NCBI RefSeq assembly: GCF_009914755.1
Contig: NC_060928.1
Reading direction: 5' to 3' (one strand)
DNA length: 64,000 nt
From: the human T2T-CHM13v2.0 reference genome, Homo sapiens
How positions within the stretch are numbered: the stretch's first letter is position 1; the number at the start of each line of letters is the position of its first letter. Below, piece after piece: positions 13,090 to 26,425 of the stretch. The notes under the pieces are model-generated. The model did not search any database and had not been told where the DNA came from. It worked only from the letters and a program-made list of their open reading frames with translations. A program made the translations under genes and the position numbers.

Positions 13090-13280
13090 CACTTATTTAT
13101 TGAGTGGTTTCTAAGTGCCTGCTGTTGTCGCTCACTGCTTATTAGTCCTTGTGAGAGCAATCTTCAGTAGGAATTATTAGAATTCCCATTTTGGAGATGA
13201 TGCTACTGAGGCTGTCAGAACTTGTCATATTTCTAGCCAAGAAATTTGAACCCAGGCAGTGCTTTCAGCTATTATACTCG
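13090..13280 (-). mobile_element. MIR fragment
   Basis: atttattgagtggtttctaagtgcc...cccattttggagatgatgctactgaggc...atttgaacccaggcagt. Confidence 0.65.
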
Positions 13281-15699
13281 CTCCTCCCCTTTTGAAATGG
13301 ATTCAAGGTAGTCACTCACAAATGTGGAGAATAAACTGAAGAAAGAAATAATAAGCCAAGTCCAGTCATCTTAACAACCATTTTTAACTGTTTCCTAGTA
13401 GTTTGGCATATAAAAAAATTTCCCTCGAGAAAATAAAACTTTAGTAGAATAGCATTATTTTAAAATTATGTTAAGCTTTTCAGTGTGTGTTATCAGACTC
13501 AAATGTATTAAATTCCTTATTGGATTAGACCAGTTAACACTGGATTTTGTCACATTTCTACTTTTGAATACCACATCTAGGAAAGAAATGTGTTAATATT
13601 TACTTCATTGTGCCAAATCAGATTCTATTGTAAAACTAGATCAAAAATGAATCACTACACTATAAAATGCAAAAATCTGTACGTGGATTGTAAAGAGAAA
13701 CAGGGACTGTTCTCATTTTCTGGCGCAACTTCTCAACCCTCATTATGCTCTGTTGTAGAAAAAATGCATTATTTCCGGTCATTTAAAAGAAGTAGGGCCA
13801 TTTTTTCTAGAAAATAAATGGTAATTGAATCACTGAAATGATTTTGGGAAAACAGTTTCCATACCAATAGTGTCTAATGTAACTCTGAAAACTCTTGGTG
13901 TTATAAAGGAAAAATTTGAATTTTTCTAATGTAAGCTTAAATGTACCCAGTCGAAATCCTCTCCATTCCTTCCATGTAATCCTTCAATGTTTTCTTGTCC
14001 AAAAAGTATAACCAAACATAGAGCCTTGAATATTTCTCTTTTGTCTCCATAGCATTTTATCCATAGCTCTCTCTATTTCTAAGACCATAATTTCTATTAA
14101 TGTGATAATCATAGTGGTATTCTGTCACTTTCAATCGCCTAGCTGAAACTACTCAGTGAAACTCTGAGGGAATTCCTATTTTGAAGAAACTGCAAATTTA
14201 GAGGGTGGACTTTTTTTTTTTTTTTTTTTTTTTGCAATTAGAAGAAGAGAATAACATAATGAAAATTCAAATAGGCTTGAAACTCAAAGGTCATTTGAAA
14301 CACTAAACTCAAAAGAACTCATTTGTACATCTGTCAAAACATGAGAAAATCACTCTGATTTTGAAAGGACTTTTCAAAGACCTTATCTATGTGGGAAATT
14401 GCACACTGACCTGTAAGGAATATGTAATTTGTGTTAAACAGAGTCTCATTCAAAGACTAAGGATAATCTTATATCCAATCAATTTTAGACCAGAATTTTT
14501 GTAACTTATTTTGAGTAAGAATGTTCTTAAGGGAATCAGTCACACAAATCAAGTGGGACTCAAATGCCAAAAGAACTTCAAAAGCACTAGAAGTGTCTGG
14601 CTCCCTTTATCTTTACATCAGCAACACATTTACAAACCTTCTATTTGCTTCTCCTCTGGATTTCAAGGTAAGTGCAACAGGTCACAATGTAGAAGAAACA
14701 CAATAAAATGAAGGATAAAGGCATTGAGTAAGAGGAGAAAAAGGAGAGAAAAGAGTGAAGAGAAAAGGAGACAGTGGTTAGGGCTTAAAATAGTGGTGGG
14801 ATAATAATGACAGGTAAAATCATGAGGGTTAAGGATAATTAGTAAAGAGCATGGAGGCAGAGCATGCAAGAGATGAAGAAGGCAAGAAAATAATGAGAAG
14901 CAGTGTAAATGCACTAGAAGAGTTGAGAAATCTAAGGGAAAAAAGGGACAATATGTTACTCTGCACTAAAACTAGAAGTAATGCCAGAAAAGTGGGCTAC
15001 ATAGGGTACGAATTATAGAAAAATGGGAAAGGCTGAAGATGAAAGAGAAGTTCCCAGAGCAGTGAGATGAAAATGTTTTGCAATTTTCTACCACAATACA
15101 TATTTAACATAAAAAAGCCACAACTTGTGTGATGAGAAAATATGAATAGAATGGAGAAGCACAATAATATTGATGGGGGGTAAGAGTAGCATATTTCCAA
15201 AATTACCATCTTGCTACTAGTTAGTTAGGAAAGCTTTAAAAAGCTGCTTGATTTTTTTCACTGGCAACAGAAAGCTGAAGCAGGGTGGATCTTAAAGTTA
15301 GAGGGATCCTTTTGGTGAAAGGAAATAAAGTGAATTGGATAGTGTATTTGTACCAAGTGAGACTTGAACCAATTTGCCTTAAAGCAGGATTTCCCAAAAG
15401 TTTTCTGTGTTTGAACACAGCCTCTACTATTACTCAGTTTAAGCTGTAGATCTTCTTTTAACTAAATAGCTTATTTAAAATTAACAACTTAAATAGTAAT
15501 ATCTGTTTTATGTGTGGGTTACATTTTTTTACCTCATACATATTATACAAAATATTTGCTATAGAACCACCTAAAATAATATCTAATTCTCTTCTTGTTT
15601 TGCATGCATGGGAAGTGTGATATTCCTAGGCTAATATGGAAGGCAGGAGGGATCTTGTCTTATCCTTCACAGTAGAGGGAAGCCCTGAAAGATTCTAAG

Positions 15700-15957
15700 G
15701 AGGGAAGAAATACAGTAGAGGAACGGGCAGTGTTTCCCAAGGCCTGCAATGGGGTAGGGCTGGAGAAGGGGGTGCAGAGATGAGGAAATGGTCTCTTGAG
15801 GCCTGGTATGGAGGCTGAGCACTGTCACTTCTGTCTCGTTTTATTGGTCTCACAAAGCAACTCACAAGCCTGGTTCAGATTCAGGAGGTGAGGAATCAGT
15901 CTCCACCCCTGATGAAAGGAACTGCAAAGAATTTGTGGCCATTTTTAACCCACCACA
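15700..15957 (-). mobile_element. MLT1-family (ERVL-MaLR) LTR fragment
   Basis: ...ctgcaaagaatttgtggccatttttaacccaccaca is the reverse of an MLT1 terminus (tgtgg...aaaatggccacaaattctttgcag). Left boundary uncertain. Confidence 0.6.
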
Positions 15958-16759
15958 GCTCTATAATTACATGTTCAAAAGCTCAACAGACAGTCATTGA
16001 CATAATTCAAAAGAGGTGATGTTAATTTGGAATGCCCCCAATTTCATGTACTTTTGAAGATATAATATGTGTAGAACTGAGCTTTACAGAATTAGGTCAG
16101 ATAGAAAAGGAAGAAATCTACAGTTTTACTTTAATTCTTCCTTTCATTTCTCTTAGACCCTAACATAGGTATACACATTCACAGAAACACAAACAGCTAC
16201 TGGGCTAGTGTGGGTTTCTTGTACTATCTTTGTTCATGTGAACTAGAACATTTTTATAATATGAATGAGAAGAACCAAATTAAAGGCCATCTTAATTTAT
16301 TTTAACCTAAAGAAAACACACAATTTCTTGGTTTTGTATGGCATCTCTCAATGGGTGAAACGACTAATTCAAGCATCTGAACAGAAAAAAAATTCATTTA
16401 GGATAGCAGAATAGTTCCATTTTAGAGTGGAGATGGAGAAATGATTTATATTCCACTTAATTAATTCTTCATAAAAGTAATATGACAGTGTTTTGTTTAA
16501 CTCTTCTAGCATATTGTTGTTCCCTCAAAAGTATACAAGACAATAATGTCAACATTCCATTAACCAATGTTTTAAGAAATGAGAAAGTTCACAGGTCTCT
16601 CTAAAACAACGTAGAACTTTTCATTTTTTTGTCTCATTGCTAGGGTTCAGGTTTTTTTTTTCTGTTTGTTCACCTGTTTTTTCAAAATCTGAACATGTAT
16701 GAGGTTCCCTTTTGAATTTTATGTAACATTTTGTGCCCAGGGTTAAGCTATTTTCACTT

Positions 16760-17403
16760 AATTTTTAATGCGCTTCTCCCTACCCTGCTTTGTGGTGTTG
16801 GGGATAAACTCTACAAAACACATTTCTGTTTTGCCAGCTGCTCCTGTTAGGCTCTGCCAGTCAGCGATTATGGAGGGAGAATGCAAAGGTGGAGGAGAGA
16901 CAAATAATGCATTTCTTCCTCAGTGCTTCCTAGTTTATTCCTACTTCTGTTTTTGCATCCTCTTCCTGTCTCCCTCAATGTAGCTATAGTTATTTACTTG
17001 GCAGTGGCAGTATTTTGTAGAAGCGGCTGTTGACTCCAGTTCACAGTTTTCCCAAGCTTTAGAACTAGCTTCATCACAGTCCCTCAGAGACGTCGGTGCC
17101 AATTTACCAGTGCCCTGTCCTCGAGGTAGAAGTTTGTTTTGCAGCTCGAAGGCAGTAACACTAGCCTACTCAGGGCCTCTTCCTCAGATACCAGTTTCAG
17201 CTCCACAGAGCCCGTCCATGGTTCTAACTCTAAGTTTCTAGGTTTTGACAATTCCACCTCTTCCCTTTGTGCTCCAGGACAGGGATTGTAATTGCTTTCT
17301 CAGTTGCTACCTCTGTTCCCATTTGCTTTTAGTTTTTGATAATTGGTTATATAAAACTCTCTCTGTTTAGATAACAGATATGGTTTCTCTCTTCTTTTAT
17401 ACA
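16760..17403 (+). mobile_element. ERVL solo LTR, LTR41/LTR33-like
   Basis: Matches recalled LTR41B blocks: ttgccagctgctcctgttaggctctgcca; agaactagcttcatcacagtccctcagaga; cctcttccctttgt; aaactctctctgtttagataac...tggtttct. Confidence 0.65.
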
Positions 17404-17499
17404 GGAAACAAAATACATATTGTTTCCTGTATAAAAGAAATTCAAATTTTTAGATTGGCTTTATTCTTATTGGTGAAATTTCATTCATAAAGTGACTAA

Positions 17500-19997
17500 A
17501 GATTCTACCAAACATTTAAAGAAGAATTAATGCCAATCCTTCTCAAAGTCTTCCAAAAAATTGAACAGGAGGTAACATTTCCAAATTCATTTTATGAGGC
17601 CAGCATTACTCTGATACCAAAGCCAGACAAAGGTACTGCCAGAAAAGTATAGGCTGATATTTTTGATGAACACAGATGTAAAAGCCCTCAGTAAAATTCA
17701 AGCAAAGCAAATTCAACAGCACAGGAAAAGGATTATAAACCATGATCAAATGGGAATTATCCCTGGGATGCAAGGATAGCTCAACATATACAAAGCAATA
17801 AATGTGATACAACACATTAACAGAATAAAGAATAAAAAACCATATGGTCATCTCAATAGATGTAGCAAAAGCATTTGATGAAATCCAACATCCTGTCATG
17901 ATAAAATGCTCAACAAATTAGGTATTAGGAATGCACCTCAACAAAATAAAGGCCATTTATGACAAAGCTACAGCTAACATCATACTCAATGCTGAAAAAC
18001 TGAAAACTTTTTCTCTAAGATAAGAAACAAGATAAGGATGCCTAGTCTAACCCTTTTATTTAACCTAGTACTGGAAATTCTAGCCACGGCCATTAGACAA
18101 GAAAAATAAATAAGTGGCATCTGAATTGGAAAGGAAAAAGTTAAACTGTCCCTGTTTGCAGATGGCTTGATCTCATATACAGAAAACCCTGAAGACTCCA
18201 CCAAAAAACTCTTAGAGCTAATAAATTCAGTAAAGTTGCAGAATATGAAATCAACACACAACAATTGGTAGTGTTTTTATACTCTAACAATAAACTATCC
18301 ATAAAAGAAATCAAGATAGCAATTCCATTTACAATAGCTACATTTAAAAAATATTTAGGAATAAATTTAACCAAGAAGGTGAAAGATCTGCACCCTGAAT
18401 ATTATAAAACATTCATTAAAAAATTGCAAAAGACACAATGGAAAGATAGTCCATGTTCATAAACTGGAAAAATTAATATTATTAAAAGGGCCATAGAACC
18501 CAAAGTGACCTACAGATTCAATGCAATCCTTATCAAAATTCTGATGACATTTTTCACAGAAACTGAAAAAACAATTGTAAAATTCATATAGAACTATAAA
18601 AGACCCTGAATAGTCAAAGTAATTTTAGGCAAAAAAAAACAAAGCTGGAGACATCATACTACCTGATTTCAAAATATACCACAAAGTTATAGTAATCAAA
18701 ACAGCGAGGTATGGCTTTAAAACATACACACAGACCACTGCAGCAGAATAGATAGCCCAGAAATGAATCCATGAATTTATAGTCAACTGATCATCTACAA
18801 AGTTTCCAAGACAATATAATGGGGAAAGAAGAGTTTTTTTCAATAAGTGATGTTGGGAAAACAGAATGTCCATAGGCAAAAGAATGACTTGGAACGTTAT
18901 CTCACATCACATACAAAAGCCAACTCGAAATGGATTAGAAACTTAAATGTAAGACTTAACACCACAAGAATGCTAGAAGAAAACAGGGAAAAATCTTCTT
19001 GGCATTGCTCTGGACAATGATTTTTTGGATATGACCCCAAAAGCATAGGCAGCAAAAGCAAAACTAGAAAAATGAATGGAATCAAACTAAAAAGTTTTGG
19101 TGCAGCATAAAAAGCAGCCAACAGAATGAAAAGACAGCCTATGGAATGAAAGAAAATGTTTGCAAATTATATATCTGATAAGGGGTTAATATTCAACGTA
19201 TATTAGGTGTTTAAACAACTCAATAGCAAGAAAACAAATGACATTAAAAATGGGCAAAGGACTGTCTATTCATGTCTTTAGCCCACTTTTTGATGGGTAT
19301 GCTTGTTTTTTTCTTATTGATTTGTTTGAGTTCGTTGTAGATTCTGGATATTTGTCCTTTGTCAGATGTATAGATTGTGAAGATTTTCTCCCACTCTGTG
19401 GGTTGTCTGTTTACTCTGCTGACTGTTCCTTTTGCCATGCCAAAGCACTTTAGTTTAACTAATCCCAGCTATTTATCTTTGTTTTTATTGCATTTGCTTT
19501 TGGGTGCTTGGTCATGAAATCCTTGCCTAATCTAATGTCTAGAAGGCTTTGTCCAATGTTATCTTCTAGAATTTTTATGCAAACGGCCAATAAACATATG
19601 AAAAAAATGTTCAACCTCACTAATGATCAGGGAAATGCAAATCAAAACGACAATGCAATACCATCTTACTCCTGCAAAAATGGCCATAATCAAAAAAATC
19701 AAAAAACAGTAGATGTTGGCGTGGATGCAATAATCAGGGAACACTTCTACACTGCTGGTGGTAATGTAAGCTAGTACAGCCACTATGGAAAACAGTGTGG
19801 AGATGCCTTAATGAACTAAAAATAGAACTACCATCTGATCCAGCAATCCCGCTACTGGGTATCTACCCAGAGAAAAAGAAGTCATTACATGAAAGAGATA
19901 CTTGCACACGCATGTTTATAGCAGCACAATTCTCAATTGCAAAATCGTGGAACTAACCCAAATGTCCATCAATCAACGAGTGACTAAAGAAACTATG

Positions 19998-20042
<45 letters not shown>

Positions 20043-21410
20043 TATATGTATATAATGGAATACTACTCGGCCATAAAAAGGAATGAATTAACAGCATTTG
20101 CAGTGACCTGGATGAGATTGGAGACTATTATTCTAAGTGAAGTAACTCAGGAATGGAAAACCAAACACCATACTTTCTCACTGATATGTGGGAGCTAAGC
20201 TATGAGGACACAAAGCCATAGGAATGATACAATGGACTTTGGGGACTTGGAAGGAAGGATGGGAGGGGGGTGGGGTATAAAAGACTACAAGTAGGTTCCA
20301 GTGTATACTGCTTGGATGATGGGTGCACCAAAATATCACAAATCACCACTAAAGAACTTACTCATGTAACCAAATACCACCTGTACCCCAATAACCTATG
20401 AAAAAAATATAAAAATAAAAAATGAGCAAAGGAAATGAAGACATTTATCAAAGGAAAACATACAAATGGCCAACAGATATATGAAAAAAAAAGTTCATCA
20501 TCATTAACTATCAGAGAAATGCAAATCAAATTCACATGAGATCTCACCTCACACCAATTAGAATGACTATCTTTTTTAAAAAAAAGCAAATGATAACAAG
20601 TGTTGGCAAGTATGTGGAGCAAAGGGAACCCTTGTACCTTGTTGGTGAGAATGTAAGTCAGTACAGCCATTATGGAAAACAGTATGGAGGTTCCCCAAAG
20701 GAAATGAAATCAGTATGTTGAAGAGATATAACTCTCCCATATTTATTGCAACAGTATTTACAATAGTCAGGATATGGGATCAACCTGAATGTCTATTGGT
20801 AGGTAAATTGATAAGGGAAATATGAAATGCACATGCATGTGTGTATAAGATAATGTGTGTAAAATAATGGAATATCTTACACACATTGTGTGTAAGATGA
20901 CAGAATACTATCTAGACTTAGAAAAAAATCCCATCCCATCATTTGCAACAACATGGATGAGCCTGGAGTACATTATGCTAGGTGAAATAAACCAGGCACA
21001 AAAAGACAAATACTATATGATCTCACTTACTCTTGGAATCTGAAAAAATTGAACTCATAGAAACAGATAGTAGAATGGTCTTTGCCAGGGGTTGGGGGTA
21101 GGGTGAGGAATAAGGAGATGTTGTTTAAAGAGTCTAAGTTTCAGTTAGACAGATGAATAAATTCTGGAGATCTACAGTGCAGCATGGTGACTATAGTTAA
21201 CAATAATGTGTTGTATACGTGAAAATTGCTAAGAGATTAGATCTTAAATGTTCTTGCCACAAAAAAAGATAAATATGTAAGGTAATTAATATATTAACCA
21301 GCTTGATGTAATCATTTCACAATATATACATATATCAAAACATCATGTTGTGCAATATAAATATACACAATTTTTATTTGTCAATTATACCTTAATAAAT
21401 CTGGTGGAAA
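17500..21410 (+). mobile_element. Old L1 (L1MA/L1MB-type), 5'-truncated: ORF2 RT/C-terminal remnant plus 3'UTR, interrupted by a younger L1 at 19262-20417
   Basis: Decayed ORF2 segments (ccaaattcattttatgaggccagcattactctgatacc; 'IAIPFTIAT...KYLGINLTKKVKDL'; 'MRSHLTPIRM'). The 3'UTR ends tgtcaattataccttaataaa. Confidence 0.9.
19262..20417 (+). mobile_element. L1PB-type element with 5' inversion (inverted 19262-~19578, direct ~19577-20417), nested in the older L1
   Basis: 16-bp TSD aaaaatgggcaaagga (19246-19261) / aaaaatgagcaaagga (20418-20433) at a TT|AAAA site. L1PB-like 3' end aaagaacttactcatgtaaccaaataccacctgtacccc. Inverted part encodes '[12 protein letters not shown]...'. Confidence 0.9.
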
Positions 21411-22199
21411 ATGTGATGAAAGAGAAACACGGACGATAAAATAGCAACATATAGTTAATCGTGATCAACTGAAGTGTGGTCTTAAAAGTTCAGACTGTAT
21501 CTAGCAAAAGGGTCTAAAGAATATAATCTTTAAGAAATTTCAGGATTTACAAAACTCACTTGAAGCGGTTTAAAATTAGAGAGACTTTTAATATTGAAAT
21601 CACATACTTAGAGGATGGGATTACAAAAAATATACCATATAATTAACATAAATGTAGACTTTTCACCTAATGATTTGAAAGAACTTTGTAATATTGACAC
21701 TTTTAGCTAATTTGTACAATATTCTCATGAATATAGTAGGATGCAAATATCACACATATGAAACAACCAAAAATTAAGATTGTTTCAAGTGTACGAGATT
21801 CAAGCAAATATTGCAGAAAATCCAAATAAAACATTTTATATGTAACTAAGTTAAGCAAAGGTATGTAGAAGAAAAAAGTAAAGCAACTGATTTTCAATGG
21901 ATTGCAGCTTCAGCTGGAATGTGCGAGAATAGGGACCATCAGGGTTCTGAGCAGAAGATGTAGCAACTTTGGGCCTCACCATGCCCTGTGCTCCCCGGGG
22001 GCATTGTGTACTGAGAATGATGGCTTTTTCAGACTTATGACAGAATCTTTCTCAGTGACTGAGTGACTCTTAATTGTAAATACAGTTAACAGTGCAAGTA
22101 GGCCAACTGTAGGTGTTAACCCTGGGTGTTGCTGGCTTCAAAAGTGTTAAGTGGAGCCTTAGGCTGGAGGAAAGTATGGGGGCAGTTGGAAAGATTTAT

Positions 22200-22405
22200 A
22201 AAAAGTTACATAATAACTTGCATGTAAGTAGAAAAATCTATGGAAGGATAAGCAAAAAGTAATAGCATCTGTTGTCCCTATGGGGGTGATTTGAGTGGCT
22301 GGGGGACAGGATGGAGAGAGTTGCCTTTCATTATATACCCATTTGTACTTTTTGAATTTTGTACAAAGTATATATATTACCTATTCAAAATACAAACAAA
22401 ATAAC
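22200..22405 (+). mobile_element. Ancient L1 (L1ME-type) 3' end fragment
   Basis: ctttcattatataccccatttgtactttttgaattttgtac...tattacctattcaaaa. Confidence 0.6.
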
Positions 22406-22419
22406 CAAATGTTTAATTC

Positions 22420-22640
22420 ATATTTGTATTGTCCTTTACAGTTTCCAAACAGCTTTCACTTCTGTAATTCCCTCTGGTACTTGCAAAAAGCCTGTGAGGC
22501 AAACATGACAGGTATTCTCATTTTATATGTGAATTAACTGAGGATACAGGTGTCTGACTTCCTCCATATCATACAATCAATTAAAGCTTAGGTTTAACCA
22601 AGGTTTTCTGCCTCCAAATCCAGCGTTTGTCCCATCATAA
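22420..22640 (-). mobile_element. MIR fragment
   Basis: ctttacagtttccaaacagctttcac...cctgtgagg...attctcattttatatgtgaattaactgagg...ctgcctccaaatccag. Confidence 0.65.
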
Positions 22641-23685
22641 CTTGCTTTCTTGGGTATGCCGAGGACCACGAAACAAATTGGGTAGAAAAAAAAATCTGCC
22701 TGTACAAGACAGAATTGATGGGCCAAGCTCTGGGCTACGCAGCCTTCTAGGTCTGGCAGAAAGACTATTACTGTAGCCATGACAATCTACAAACCAAAGA
22801 GCAGACCCAAAGCTCCATGCCAGTGAATTAGAATAAATATGTGTTGAATAATGATACTGCAGGCATTATTTACAATATTTACCAAGAATTTTACCTACCT
22901 CTCCAAGACAGGTATTATCCCCATTTTGCAGATGGGAATATTGAGATACAAAATGATTACATAACCAATATATTAAGATAAAAAAATGCTAAGACTAAAA
23001 TATATTCTCAATTCATCTTTCCTAAAGTCTCGTCTTTTTCCAGGTACTGGGCTGGTTGCTCTTTTGGATACGTAGATAAAGAGAGCAGCTGCCTCAAAAA
23101 TAGAGGTGTGTGTTGTGGGGTAAGGAGAGAAGAGAATCGTTGGGCAGAGAGAAGGGAAGTCCTGTGAAGACTAGTTCTGATGAATCTAGGTATTACAAAA
23201 GAAGTCTGAGCAAAACGATGTAACAATTTAAAGGAGGAAGCAATCTTGGCCTCCTTTAGATGAGTTAGACATGGCTTCACAAAAGAGCTAGGATAAGAAA
23301 TAGACATTGAAGAATTACTAGGAGCTTGAAATATGGAGTAGGCCTGTGTGAATAACTTAATGACTGACGTTGTCTAGAACATAAACCATATTTTAAAAAT
23401 TGCCTGTTGCATCCTCCATTTCAGATCTTTACGTTACTGGAGCACTTTGGACACTGCCAAGATATTGGTGACTAATGCTCCTTAGGGGAAACAGTGCAAA
23501 AACCAGAAACATGATTTGTTAAAATGAATGTATGTAAGGTGGAAAGGAAGGAAAGAAAGCATGGGAGGACCACTCCTACTGCCCAATTTTGTATCATTCT
23601 GTCTTGGCTGAGCTCTGCTTTACACTACTATCTCATTGTGGTAATTATTTAGTGCACTGTTAAGAGGCATAAGAATGCCAAAGTA

Positions 23686-23993
23686 GGCCGGGCACGGTGG
23701 CTCACGCCTGTAATCCCAGCACTTTGGGAGGCCGAGGCGGGCAGATCACGAGGTCATGAGATCGAGACCAACCTGGCTAACATGGTGAAACCCCGTCTCT
23801 ACTAAAAATACAAAAAATTAGCTGGGCGTGGTGGCGGGCGCCTGTAAGTCCCAGATAGTTGGGAGGCTGAGGCAGGAGAATGGTGTGAACCCGGGAGGCG
23901 GGAGGTGGAGTTTGCAGTGAGCCAAGATTGTGCCACTGCACTCCAGCCTGGGTGACAGAACGAGACTCCATCTCAAAAAAAAAAAAAAAAAAA
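23686..23993 (+). mobile_element. AluY-like SINE, full length
   Basis: ggccgggcacggtggctcacgcc... with A-tail. TSD aagaatgccaaagta (23671-23685) / aagaatgctaaagta (23994-24008). Y-type gatcacgaggtc and aatggtgtgaacc; internal 7-bp duplication cgggagg. Confidence 0.95.
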
Positions 23994-25846
23994 AAGAATG
24001 CTAAAGTAACCTTTTGCTGTATCTGCCAGCTCTGTTCAAGTCCAAGGGGAGCATTAGGTTGATTGAGTGGCCGAATTCACAACTCCTGCTACCAAATGTG
24101 CCCTTCCCTCAGTCTCAAGTAGTTTTCAAACTGAGCTCCCCAGATATTTTGGACCTTTGAAAGGGCATGAGGGGCTTTTACAATGGAAATTTTAATTGCC
24201 TAACAAAATGATTCCTTGATTCTACCTGTTGCATGTATTGTAGTTCCAGATAAGATTTGATTAATTTTAACAAATACAACTTCAGCTGGAAAACATACAT
24301 CATTGAAATACATTCTCAGTGTTGCAAGATTTGGAAACTCTGAGCCAGGCCAAGGGTTTCTCATGCAAGCTACAAATGAGAAGAAACATGGTGAGCAATA
24401 ACACTGTGTAATGAAAAGAGCACTGGGTAGGACACTGTGACAAATGGGTTCTTCTATGGTCCTATTAACAGGATGGGAGGTTTACCACTATGTGGTGGGA
24501 TGACCTTAAAATAACACCTTACCTCTCAAGACATCTTTTCTTCCCATCTATAAGATGCAGGAATTGAAAAAGATGACCCTCATTTGTCCAGCTCTTGCCA
24601 GTTAGATGCTGAACACTTTCTACAATTAAAGCATCCTGCTATTTATTTATTTATGGTAGGTTGTTAGCCATTTTGGACAGTGAAAAAATGTTTCATTTGA
24701 TGTGAATCTGTAAACAGAGCTGAAAAATTCACTTCAATTTGTTAATGACTAACATTATCCAGCAACAAGTGATTTCTCTAGGAGTTCAGTATAATCCATG
24801 CTAAATTACTTCTTCAATATAAATGTTACAATATGCCATTATATACAAAGACTGAACATATGGACGTTACTCTGACCATTCCATTTGTTCTGACTTCGTT
24901 AAAGATCAACATTGATTACCACAGGATGACTTTAATATTGTGCATAATATAGACACTGCATGCCAATTCATAAGAATGCAGGTGTGTAAAAAGCAAAAAA
25001 CAATTAAGCATCATCTGTAAGATGCAGGATGCTACTAGACGTGCATGGGATGCATGCTAGATCCAGGCGCAGTAAGTTAATAGAGATTTTCTGGAGGGAG
25101 ACATGTAAGCTGAGAGGCTGGGTGGATGAGAAGGAGTTAGCCTTGCAAGGGGTTGAGAGGTGGAAGTAAGAGCATCTAGACATAGGAAACAGCATATGTA
25201 AAGGGCCAGAAGTGAGAGTGACCAGAACATGTTGAGGGAACTCGAACAGGTTAAAAGAGTGAGACTAGTGGGTTTGAAGGGGGTATGACCACATGAGGCC
25301 AGAGTAGTGAGTGGTGGCCAAGTTATGCATACCATTATAAACTATCTTAGGGCAGTGTGACATTATCCTATAAGTCATTAGAGTAATTGATGTGTTCAAT
25401 CAGCGGAATAATCTGATTTGTATTTGTCAAGTTTACTCTACCTTCAGTGTGGAAAATGGATGGCCGGAGAGCAAGACTGGAGGCAGAGTGACAATTTACA
25501 AGGCCATGACAGAAATCCAGGTGGGAAATTATGATAGTCTTAACCAGGGCAGTGGGACAGACATTGGAGCAGAGGGAGCACATTCAAAAGCTTTGTAGAT
25601 GATAGAAGTGGCAGGGTTCAGTATTTGATTAAAATATGTAACATAAGGGAGAGAGATAATCCAGGGAAGATACTCTGGTTTCTGACTTGGGAAACTTGAT
25701 GAATAGTACTGCCTTTCAATGTGATGAGGAACAAAAAATAGGAAATGAATTTAGGTTAAAAGAGGAAATGTGATGAGTTTGGTTTGGGACACATTGTACT
25801 TGGGTGCATATGGGCCATCCAGAAAGAAATGTAAGAATAAGTACCA

Positions 25847-26042
25847 GGCCCAGCATGGTACTGTAATCCCAGCACTCTGGGAGGCTGAGGTGGGCAGATC
25901 ACTTGAGGCCAGGAGTTCCAGACCACCCTGGCCAATATGGAGAAACCCCATCCCTACTAAAAATACAAAAATTAGCCGAGTGTGGTGGCCCATGCCTCTA
26001 ATCCCAGCTATTAGGGAGGCTGAGGCAGGAGAATTGCTTCAA
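25847..26042 (+). mobile_element. Alu (S-type), 3'-truncated
   Basis: Left monomer plus part of the right monomer; ends abruptly at gagaattgcttcaa with no A-tail. Confidence 0.9.
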
Positions 26043-26127
26043 GGGAAGAGAGTGACTTAAAGAGGGAAGAATGATAAATAGTGTTAGGTGATGTAGAGAG
26101 CCCAAATAAGGAAAGATTTAAGAAGTG

Positions 26128-26425
26128 GGCCAGGTGTATTGCCTTACCCCTGTAATCCCAGCATTTTGAGAGGTCGAGGTGGCAGGCAGATTGAGACCAG
26201 GAGTTTGACACCAGCCTGGGCAACATGGTGAAACCTCCTCTCTACTAAAAATACAAAAAATTGGCTAGGCGTGGTAGTGTGCACCTGTAATCCCAGCTAC
26301 TTGGGAGGCTAAGGTGGGAGGATCACCTAAGCACAGGAAGTCGAGGCTGCAGTGAGTTGTGATCACACCACTGCATTCCAGCCTGGGTGACAGAATGAGA
26401 CCCTGTGTCAAAAACAAGAAAACCC
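26128..26425 (+). mobile_element. AluJ-type SINE
   Basis: J diagnostics ggtgggaggatcacct...gtcgaggctgcagtgag; degenerate tail. Confidence 0.9.
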
